A stretch of DNA of 62,063 bases, filler included, from Nitrospinae bacterium RIFCSPLOWO2_12_FULL_45_22 (GTDB lineage: Bacteria; 2-12-FULL-45-22): assembly GCA_001803565.1 (NCBI GenBank). It is 6 parts of 6 records of this genome, joined end to end, with 100 filler letters (N's around TTAATTAATTAA, not from the genome) between each part and the next. Parts side by side here need not be neighbours in the genome. Positions count along the whole stretch, not along the records: positions 49,857 to 62,063 come from MHDQ01000301.1; 5 more parts are not named here. One strand, written 5' to 3'. Positions 54,626 through 62,063 of the stretch are shown one piece after another (the stretch's first letter is position 1; every line of letters begins with the position of its first letter). A program made the position numbers and the translations under genes. The notes under the pieces were generated by a model, which was not told the origin of the DNA, ran no database searches, and was given only the letters and a program-made list of their open reading frames with translations.

Positions 54626-55747
54626 CTATTCTCCTATCCTTTCAATCAAGGCCTCAGCCTGGGTTCTAATCTCCTCTTCGGAGAAGTTAGGGTCGATCTC
54701 CAGCACCATGGATATCAATCCCTTTTCTTTAAATAATTTGTTCAGATAGGGATACTCCCACTCATGGGGATCACAGAACTTTTGGTGTAAAATTATTATA
54801 CCCTGAACCCTTAAATGCTCGGCTAGTTCAAGAATATGATTATAACGGCGCTGGGGTGGGTGTTTCACCGGGCAGGGGACCTTATTGAGATAGCGTTGCG
54901 CAATAGATTCCATGGGGTCTTCTCCTCGGGGGGTATCTTCCCATATATAGCGGCTCCCATTACAGATGTCATCGGCAACAATTATTGCCCCTGCTTCTTC
55001 AATTAGCTGGTAAACACGGGGATTATCGACTTCGCTCCCAACTATCATCAATCTTATCTGACCATTAGGACTACGTGGGGCATAAGAGAGGTTCGATTCT
55101 TCCAATTCCTGTAATAATTGCCTGAGGAGGTTATTATGTTCTTCTTTAGGCATGACCATACCGGCCAGTAGTACAGTCAAAACCTGCCATCCCCAGATAG
55201 GTGAAGGGATTCTAGATCGTAGTTCATAAAGTCTCCTGAGAAGAGAACGATGGGTATCATAAATTTCAATGGCCTTCCACAATGCCTCGTCAGTGATAGT
55301 CACCTTTAAAGCTTTCTGGAGGGAGGCTTGAAACTTTCTTAGTTCCTGAGTATAAAACCTTTTTGCCTCGGGTAGGTCTATCCGGCTTGGCATATCGATA
55401 AGTTCGACATATAGATCAGGTTTATTTCTGGCCCAGATATTAAAAATACCACGCTGGTGATCACAGGCATAGGCATATACCAGGCCGTCTAGATAATCAT
55501 ACTCCCCTCTTAGGGCCTGATCAAGGCAACTCCGAGAAAAGGCACAATAAAATGACTGGAAATGGCCATCTGCTATTGAAGGAGGGGTCTGATCACTCAT
55601 GATTCTAACAGGGATGGCTCTGGAGGCATAGATGATCTCCTCTGGGGTATAGTTACATATATACCCTATGATCTTTCGGCCCTCAGTCCGCCATTGCTGG
55701 GCTAACTGGTGTCTATTGTTCAATCTCTCATAAAAATTGTCTATCAT
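54626..55747 (-). CDS. 2-hydroxyacyl-CoA dehydratase / benzoyl-CoA reductase BzdN-like subunit
   Basis: CNYTPEEI, FYCAFSRSC, ACDH, DDICNGSRY, QKFCDPH. Confidence 0.85.
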   Translation of the reverse strand: MIDNFYERLNNRHQLAQQWRTEGRKIIGYICNYTPEEIIYASRAIPVRIMSDQTPPSIADGHFQSFYCAFSRSCLDQALRGEYDYLDGLVYAYACDHQRGIFNIWARNKPDLYVELIDMPSRIDLPEAKRFYTQELRKFQASLQKALKVTITDEALWKAIEIYDTHRSLLRRLYELRSRIPSPIWGWQVLTVLLAGMVMPKEEHNNLLRQLLQELEESNLSYAPRSPNGQIRLMIVGSEVDNPRVYQLIEEAGAIIVADDICNGSRYIWEDTPRGEDPMESIAQRYLNKVPCPVKHPPQRRYNHILELAEHLRVQGIIILHQKFCDPHEWEYPYLNKLFKEKGLISMVLEIDPNFSEEEIRTQAEALIERIGE

Positions 55748-55776
55748 AGCCTTCTTTCCCCTTTCGCAAATTTATC

Positions 55777-55811
55777 GTAAGTGTTCAGCCGTCAGCTATC
55801 AGCGGCCAGTA
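55777..55811 (+). repeat. Single arm of the GTAAG..TTCAGC heptamer element
   Basis: GTAAGTGTTCAGCCGTCAGCTATCAGCGGCCAG, similar to the left arm at 48218. Confidence 0.7.
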
Positions 55812-56414
55812 AGATAAGGGAAAACAGCAACGCACGCCGAAGCCGCAATTCTCAGTAATTCTCAGTAATTTGTAAAGCCTTGAGATTGCATCGTCACCAA
55901 TGCTCCACATTTATTTATGGCTGAAATCTCCATTCATTACCCATTGCCACTACACTCCTGCTTACCCTCACACTCTATCCCGTATGCCGCCACAGGACAG
56001 CGATATTTGAGACTGTTCCTCTCTCTCAAACCCCTCGTAGGCCATCTCCTTCCTCTGGTCACTTACAGGACAGTGACAGTAGACACTACCTGCTCTTTTC
56101 CTGTTGGTTAAAATCTTTAAATACATTGATTATACAGGAAAAAAAGGGATATGCCCCTTTTTCTTTACTGGGGTGAATTTTTTGTTTCTGCCTCTCTCGT
56201 CCTCTATTCTCTCTTTTTTTTCAATACCCTCCTGGGGTAAAGATCTTTACCCACACCTCTTATCTCCTTTATGAGAGCGAGGTTCTGCTTTTCGCGAATG
56301 CCTCTATATGGCAAAAAACCGTATCTTAAATTCGAAGTAAATGCAAGGCAATTTTTATAAAAACTTTCCCAAGAGAATTACCTGGAAAGGGCCTAACAGA
56401 AACGGCCTTCAAAA

Positions 56415-56443
56415 TTGACACAAAATTTGTTAGGTGATATATT
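56415..56443 (+). promoter_or_regulatory. Sigma70 promoter of the oxoacid oxidoreductase operon
   Basis: TTGACA-17bp-TATATT with extended -10 TG. Confidence 0.65.
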
Positions 56444-56585
56444 ATTAGTATTTTGCGTGTGACATATCCCTTCTGAATATTTAGACCTTCCAGCATCAGG
56501 GAGAGGGTAAAAAATTCTCAGTGCTAATAGCCTGGAGACCAATGGGGTAATGTCCTGAATTCTCAACTTACTATAGGGGGAATAG

Positions 56586-56861
56586 ATGAAATTCTGGCGG
56601 ACACCATTAGATGCAGATAAAATTAAGGTTCCTCATGGAGAAACTTATGTTATCAAGGAACGGTGTAAGGGGTGCGGATTTTGTGTAGAATTTTGTCCTA
56701 AAAGAGCCTTAAGGCTCTCGGATGAATTCAACATCAAGGGATATCACCCGCCGGAAATGATCGGTAAGGATGAATGTGTCAACTGCGGCCTATGTGAGAT
56801 GATATGCCCTGAATTTGCTATATACTGCCTGGAAGAAGAGGAGGTGCAAGTTGAAGGCTGA
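56586..56861 (+). CDS. 2x[4Fe-4S] ferredoxin (2-oxoacid oxidoreductase delta subunit)
   Basis: CKGCGFCVEFCP and CVNCGLCEMICP. Confidence 0.92.
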   Translation: MKFWRTPLDADKIKVPHGETYVIKERCKGCGFCVEFCPKRALRLSDEFNIKGYHPPEMIGKDECVNCGLCEMICPEFAIYCLEEEEVQVEG

Positions 56862-58008
56862 TCCGAAAGGGGTATTAACCGGAGAGCATTATCTGGATGG
56901 TGATTTTGCCTGTGCTGAAGGGGCATTAGCGGCTGGCTGCCGCTTTTTTGCTGGCTATCCTATCACTCCCTCAACCGAGGTTGCTGAACGGTTTTCCGAG
57001 AGGATACCCGAGGTAGGCGGTATCTTCATCCAGATGGAAGATGAGATGGCCTCTATGAATGCTATCCTGGGCGCTTCCTGGGGTGGGGTCAAAACGATGA
57101 CTTCTACTTCGGGCCCTGGCTTTAGCTTAATGATGGAGAATATAGGATTGGGAGCCATGATGGAGGTTCCCTGCGTAGTGGTTAATGTCCAGCGGGGAGG
57201 CCCATCTACGGGCCTGCCCACCATGGTAGGCCAGGCAGATATGATGCAAGCCCGCTGGGGTTCTCACGGTGATTATGAAATTATTGCCTTATCCCCTAAC
57301 TCTCCTCAAGAATGTTTCTACGTTGCTATCGAGGCCTTTAATCTAGCGGAAAAATACCGTGTGCCAGTCTTTATTATGATGGATGAATGCGTGGGCCATA
57401 TGACCGAGAAGGTGATAATCCCACCCGCGGAAGAAATTGAACTTTATCCTAGAAGGCTTACAAACAGTCCTCCCGCAGAATATTTGCCCTACATGCCGGA
57501 AGACGACCTGGTCCCCTCCATGATAATAGCCGGTCAGGGATATAAGATCCATACCACTGGCCTTACGCATGATGAGAGAGGTTACCCGGTAATGACGGCC
57601 GAGGCCCAGGAGAAACTGGTGCACCGCCTGATAAATAAGATAAGGTTGAATGCTGACCATATTATTCATATAGAAGAAGAAGATACCGAGGGGGCTGAGG
57701 TAGTGGTGGTCTCTTATGGTATCAGCAGCCGGGTGGCCCTGGCGGCCATAGATGAAGCACGGGCTGCGGGGATTAGGGTAGGCCGGTTGAGACTTATAAC
57801 GGTCTGGCCTTTCCCAGAAAAGAGGATCAGGGAATTAGCCCCAAAGGTAAAGGCTTTTGTGGTTCCCGAGATAAATTATGGCCAGATGGTATTGGAAGTA
57901 GAGAGGTGTGCTGCTGGCCAGGCTAAGACAATCTTGGTGTCCCATGGCGGAGGAGACGTGCATAATCCCCAGGATATCCTGGAAGCTATAAAGGAGTCAA
58001 TAAAATGA
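56851..58008 (+). CDS. 2-oxoacid:ferredoxin oxidoreductase alpha subunit
   Basis: FAGYPITPSTE, QMEDE, TSGPGFSLM, QRGGPSTGLPT; TTG 56851 after SD GAGGAGG. Confidence 0.93.
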   Translation: MKADPKGVLTGEHYLDGDFACAEGALAAGCRFFAGYPITPSTEVAERFSERIPEVGGIFIQMEDEMASMNAILGASWGGVKTMTSTSGPGFSLMMENIGLGAMMEVPCVVVNVQRGGPSTGLPTMVGQADMMQARWGSHGDYEIIALSPNSPQECFYVAIEAFNLAEKYRVPVFIMMDECVGHMTEKVIIPPAEEIELYPRRLTNSPPAEYLPYMPEDDLVPSMIIAGQGYKIHTTGLTHDERGYPVMTAEAQEKLVHRLINKIRLNADHIIHIEEEDTEGAEVVVVSYGISSRVALAAIDEARAAGIRVGRLRLITVWPFPEKRIRELAPKVKAFVVPEINYGQMVLEVERCAAGQAKTILVSHGGGDVHNPQDILEAIKESIK

Positions 58009-58868
58009 TAACCAAGGAACACCCTATGACACCATTGCTTAGGATGGATAGAATCCCGCACATCTGGTGTCCTACCTGTGGAATAGGTACTGCCGTGAGT
58101 TGCTTTGCGGCAGCTTTAAAGCAGAACGAAATCCCATTAGAGAAGGTAGCTATTGTCTCCGGTATCGGCTGCACGGGCCGGGTAGCCGGGTATATGAAGG
58201 TTGATTCTTTCCATACCACCCACGGCCGGGCAATACCTTTTGCCACCGGATTAAAATTGGCCCGGCCAGAGATGAAAATCGTGGTATTTAGCGGGGATGG
58301 TGACCTTTTTGCTATCGGAGGGAACCACTTTATCCATGCTGCCCGCCGGAATATGGATTTAACAGTCATATGCGTGAATAATTTCATTTACGGTATGACT
58401 GGTGGCCAGCTTGCCCCTACTACACCCCTTTCGGCCAAGAGTACTACCTCACCCTATGGGAATTATGAGCACCCTTTTAACCTCCCCCATCTTGCTGCCT
58501 CCTGTGGCGCGACTTATGTAGCCCGCTGGACCGCCCTGCATATCCGCCGCTTAACCAATTCTATGTCTGAAGCCCTGAATAAAAAGGGGTTCTCTTTTAT
58601 AGAAGTGATAGCCCCTTGTTCTACCGTTTATGCCAGGAGAAACCGCCTGGGTAGCGGGCTTGACCTGATGAAATTCTATCATGATAATTGCGAGATCAAG
58701 AATGGGGCCAACCCTGAAGAAGCAGATATTGGGTTTCAATCAAAGATCATAGTAGGGAAATTTGTGGATAAAGAGAAACCTAGTTTCATAGATAATATGC
58801 ATGTTGGGTTGAAGAGGGCGCTAGGAGACAAATACATTCCGTATGGAGGAGACGATGGAGCAAAGTAG
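58005..58868 (+). CDS. 2-oxoacid:ferredoxin oxidoreductase beta subunit
   Basis: WCPTCG, SGIGC, HGRAIP, GDGD..IGGNH, NNFIYGMTGGQ. Confidence 0.94.
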   Translation: MITKEHPMTPLLRMDRIPHIWCPTCGIGTAVSCFAAALKQNEIPLEKVAIVSGIGCTGRVAGYMKVDSFHTTHGRAIPFATGLKLARPEMKIVVFSGDGDLFAIGGNHFIHAARRNMDLTVICVNNFIYGMTGGQLAPTTPLSAKSTTSPYGNYEHPFNLPHLAASCGATYVARWTALHIRRLTNSMSEALNKKGFSFIEVIAPCSTVYARRNRLGSGLDLMKFYHDNCEIKNGANPEEADIGFQSKIIVGKFVDKEKPSFIDNMHVGLKRALGDKYIPYGGDDGAK

Positions 58869-59415
58869 GACAGAGATCAAGATAACAGGTTTTGGTGGGC
58901 AAGGAGTTATTCTGGCGGCATATATTATCGGTAAGGCGGCGGCCCTTTTTGATAAAAAAGAGGCTACCCTTACCCAGAGCTTCGGGCCCGAGGCCCGTGG
59001 TGGGGCCTGCAGTGCCCAAATGGTTATCTCTAACTCCAAGGTGCTCTACCCTTATGTCAAACGCCCACAAATCCTGGTATGCCTATCGCAAGAGGCCTAT
59101 AATAAGTTTGAACCTGAATTAATCTCTGGTGGTTTATTAATAATAGAGAAGGACCTGGTAAAGCCTAAGCCCGCCGAGAACGGCATCCAGCTATTGGCTA
59201 TTCCTGCAACCAGGATTGCTGAAGAATTAGGCCGGCGGATGGTACTGAATATTGTGACAGTGGGGTTTTTTACTGCGGTTGCTGATGTAGTGGGTGAAGA
59301 AGCAGTTCGGGGAGCGATAAAGGATTCTGTACCTAAAGGCACAGAAGATTTGAACCTCAAGGCCTTTGAGCGTGGGTTCCAGTACGGCAAGAATCTTCGG
59401 GAACACGGCGAATAA
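58855..59415 (+). CDS. 2-oxoacid:ferredoxin oxidoreductase gamma subunit
   Basis: GFGGQGVIL, QSFGPEARGG, NLKAFERG; ATG 58855 after SD GGAGGA. Confidence 0.93.
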   Translation: MEQSRTEIKITGFGGQGVILAAYIIGKAAALFDKKEATLTQSFGPEARGGACSAQMVISNSKVLYPYVKRPQILVCLSQEAYNKFEPELISGGLLIIEKDLVKPKPAENGIQLLAIPATRIAEELGRRMVLNIVTVGFFTAVADVVGEEAVRGAIKDSVPKGTEDLNLKAFERGFQYGKNLREHGE

Positions 59416-59516
59416 TAGGATCGTTATCTAGCTCCTCTGATTCTTGATCCTTCAAACAAGTATCCGTATAACCCAATCCCAAAATTATAATTTGTAAGAA
59501 ATGCTTTTAATTTCTT

Positions 59517-59633
59517 GCCACAGAGTACACAGAGACCACAGGGTACGTAACTCAAGGCTTTTAGCCTTGATCAACCCTAAAGGGTTGAGTTACATGTTTT
59601 TTAATCCTCAGTGTCCTCTGTACCCTCCGTGGC
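59517..59633. repeat. Nested inverted-repeat element with an internal GTAA-REP doublet
   Basis: GCCACAGAGTACACAGAGACCACAGGG / CCTCAGTGTCCTCTGTACCCTCCGTGGC around GTAACTCAAGGC-TTTTA-GCCTTGA TCAACCC-TAAA-GGGTTGAGTTAC (59547-59593). Confidence 0.8.
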
Positions 59634-59668
59634 TTTATATATTTCTATGGAGGAAATGGAGATAAATC

Positions 59669-62063
59669 ATGACAGGCAGTGTATTGGTAATTGGTGGAGG
59701 CATTGCGGGCTTAGAGGCAGCCCTTGACCTGGCAGATTCAGGAATAGAAGTAGATCTGGTAGAAAAATCCCCGACCCTGGGGGGGCATATGGCCCAATGG
59801 GATAAGACCTTAGTAGGACAGTTTCCTGCCCTATGGGCTTTAACACCTAAACTGCTGGCGGCTGCCAGGAATCCCCGTATCCATATCTTGACCAATTCAG
59901 AAATTACCCAGGTCTCGGGAGAAAAAGGGGCCTTTAAAGTTACGGTCACTCGACATCCTCGCTTTGTGGATGAAGATAAATGCCGGGGCTGCGGTATTTG
60001 TGAGAAGCAATGTCCGGTAATAACGGATAATGGCCTCAATACCTTCCAGGAGCGGAAGGCCATATATCTCCCCTACCCTAAAGCAGTCCCTTTTACTTAT
60101 GCGATTGATAAACGCGGTATTTCTCCCTGTAAAAATGCCTGCCCGGTAGAAACACCTGCTCAAGGTTATATAGCCTTGATCGCCCAGGGTAGGTTAGAAG
60201 AGGCCCTAGAACTAATTAGAGAGACCAATCCTTTTCCCGGTGTATGTGGCCGGGTCTGTACCCACCCCTGTGAGAGTAAATGCAAAAGGGGGGAGATTGA
60301 TAAGCCAGTAGCCATCTGTAGCCTAAAGAGAGTGGTGGCTGATTATGAAAGACAAAAGGAACTGAAAGATGGGAAAATACCCCAGGCTTTCCCACAACCC
60401 AACGGAGAAAAGGTTGCTATTATCGGCTCAGGCCCAGCCGGCTTAACCGCGGCCGATGATTTAGCCAAATGGGGCTACCAGGTCACGGTCTTTGAGGAAG
60501 CACCGGTAGCAGGCGGGATGCTTGCCCTCGGCATACCGGAGTTCCGGCTACCGCGAGAGATACTGAATTATGAGATAGACCTGATTAAGGCCCGGGGTGT
60601 AGAAATCAAGACCAACACGGCTATTGGTAAAGACCTCCAACTCCAGGACCTCAAAGGCCAGGGCTATAAAGCTATATTTATGGCCATTGGTGCCCATAAA
60701 GGACTAAAGCTAGGGATACCGGGGGAGGATGAATATGAAGGATTCCTCGATTGTATAACCTTTTTGCGGGCAGCAAACTTGGGCAAGAAAGAGAAGCCCG
60801 GGGATAAAGTCATAGTTATTGGTGGTGGTAATGCTGCGATAGATGCCTCCAGAACCGCCCTTCGCCTGGGCGCTAAAGCGGTGAATATAGTCTATCGGCG
60901 CTCCAGACAGGAGATGCCTGCCAATGAGGCCGAGATCGAGGAGGCGGAGTTTGAAGGGGTAAAAATTCATTACCTGGCGGCCCCTACCAAAATCTTAGGC
61001 AAGAATGGCCGGGTTACCGGCATGGAATCTATACAGACCCGTTTAGGAGAACCGGATAGCAGCGGCCGCCGCAGACCGGTCCCGATTGAAGGCTCAGAAT
61101 TTATTATTGATGCCGATGTTATCATCCCCGCTATAAGCCAGGAGCCAGATATCTCCTTCCTGCCTGAAGGGCATGGCCTGACCATCAGCAAATGGAACTC
61201 CTTTGTAGTAGACCCTGTTACCCTGGCCACTAATCAAGAAGGAAGCTTCGCCGGGGGTGATGCAGTAACCGGGCCGACTACGGTTATCGAGGCTATTGCT
61301 GCCGGCCACCGGGCCGCTATCTCCATTGACCGATATTTCAAGGGAGAAGACCTTAAAGAAGGGAGAGAAGGGGCGAGATTAAGTCCAGTAGAAACCATTG
61401 ATTGGAAAATAAGCGACGAGATTAAAAGGCGGCTCCGGCAAGAGATGCCTAAAATATCCTTAGAGGATAGGGCCCTGAGCTTTGACGAAGTAGAGTTGGG
61501 CTTTGCTAGAGAAACGGCTATAGAAGAGGCTAAACGTTGCCTTAACTGCGGTATCTGTAGCGAATGCCTCGCCTGTCAAAAAGCCTGTATTGACCTAAAG
61601 GCCATCCAACATGACCAAAAGCGCCAGGATAGCCAGCTTAATATCGGTGCCATAGTAGTAGCTACTGGCTTCGTACATCAGCCGGATCATGGTACCCTTT
61701 TTGAAAAACAGTATAACAATATCATAAGCCAAATAGACTTAGAAAGGATGACCTCTTCCCTGGGCCAGTTGAAGAGGCCATCGGACGGCAAGCCCCCCCA
61801 GAGGGTGGTCTTCCTCCCAGCCCTGGGTAATAATGGGATGGGTGACCCCTCGGCTAAGATTAATTACCTGGCTGCACTAAAGAACGCTATTACTATCAAA
61901 GAGCAAAATCCTGCTATCAGCGAAATACTTGTCCTTTGTCCGGATAAAGATAGCAAAAATAAGGGCTACGAAACCCTTATCAATCGGGCAAATAGCTACC
62001 CAGAGATCAAATTAGTAGATATAAAACCCTTATCAGAAAAGGACTTACAAGAAACACCCACCG
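59669..62063 (+). CDS. HdrA-like flavoprotein with inserted GltD-like module (HdrL-type), 3'-partial; absent from the ORF track
   Basis: Hand-translated with no stop to the window end: VLVIGGGIAG, GGHMAQ.DKT, CRGCGICEKQCP, PCKNACP, CGRVCTHPCE, IGSGPAG, IGGGNAAID, YRRS, RCLNCGICSECLAC, GAIVVATG, RPSDGK. Confidence 0.9.
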   Translation, partial: MTGSVLVIGGGIAGLEAALDLADSGIEVDLVEKSPTLGGHMAQWDKTLVGQFPALWALTPKLLAAARNPRIHILTNSEITQVSGEKGAFKVTVTRHPRFVDEDKCRGCGICEKQCPVITDNGLNTFQERKAIYLPYPKAVPFTYAIDKRGISPCKNACPVETPAQGYIALIAQGRLEEALELIRETNPFPGVCGRVCTHPCESKCKRGEIDKPVAICSLKRVVADYERQKELKDGKIPQAFPQPNGEKVAIIGSGPAGLTAADDLAKWGYQVTVFEEAPVAGGMLALGIPEFRLPREILNYEIDLIKARGVEIKTNTAIGKDLQLQDLKGQGYKAIFMAIGAHKGLKLGIPGEDEYEGFLDCITFLRAANLGKKEKPGDKVIVIGGGNAAIDASRTALRLGAKAVNIVYRRSRQEMPANEAEIEEAEFEGVKIHYLAAPTKILGKNGRVTGMESIQTRLGEPDSSGRRRPVPIEGSEFIIDADVIIPAISQEPDISFLPEGHGLTISKWNSFVVDPVTLATNQEGSFAGGDAVTGPTTVIEAIAAGHRAAISIDRYFKGEDLKEGREGARLSPVETIDWKISDEIKRRLRQEMPKISLEDRALSFDEVELGFARETAIEEAKRCLNCGICSECLACQKACIDLKAIQHDQKRQDSQLNIGAIVVATGFVHQPDHGTLFEKQYNNIISQIDLERMTSSLGQLKRPSDGKPPQRVVFLPALGNNGMGDPSAKINYLAALKNAITIKEQNPAISEILVLCPDKDSKNKGYETLINRANSYPEIKLVDIKPLSEKDLQETPT

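Noticed and set aside
55847-55870. 10-bp tandem AATTCTCAGT x2
   Set aside because: Too short; probably a slippage duplication within decayed repeat DNA
59635-61309. Minus-strand ORFs listed in the final 2.4 kb
   Set aside because: Shadows of the plus-strand HdrA/GltD gene, which the track omitted because it has no stop inside the window

Overview
The window is a concatenation of six draft/MAG contigs (1-12354, 12455-25231, 25332-31050, 31151-37463, 37564-49756, 49857-62063). They are joined by artificial N44-TTAATTAATTAA-N44 linkers, so adjacency across linkers means nothing. Gene content suggests an anaerobic diderm bacterium (Desulfobacterota-like or related; uncertain). Core genes include purD, serA, larE, mutS, ntrY and a 2-oxoacid:ferredoxin oxidoreductase operon. 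There are also acyl-CoA/aromatic catabolism genes, a CusCBA-like metal efflux locus and a partly decayed defence/TA islet. Best leads: (1) a SIR2 gene and a 1365-aa STAND NTPase gene overlapping at ATGA, one nucleotide from being a single Avs-like SIR2-STAND protein; (2) a QseE/QseG/QseF (GlrK/GlrR)-like three-gene system followed by GlrR-like enhancer boxes, a consensus sigma54 promoter and a strongly structured ~110-nt RNA ahead of a small secreted protein; (3) a nucleotidyltransferase (NadD/Pof1-like)-GltD fusion upstream of larE; (4) small palindromic elements found both between genes and in-frame inside genes, including mutS; (5) a Cys/His-rich RPPR-terminated leader ORF ahead of cusCBA; (6) an HdrA/GltD hybrid that has lost the cysteines of its HdrA core. 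All family calls come from motif recognition by eye; no database searches were run.
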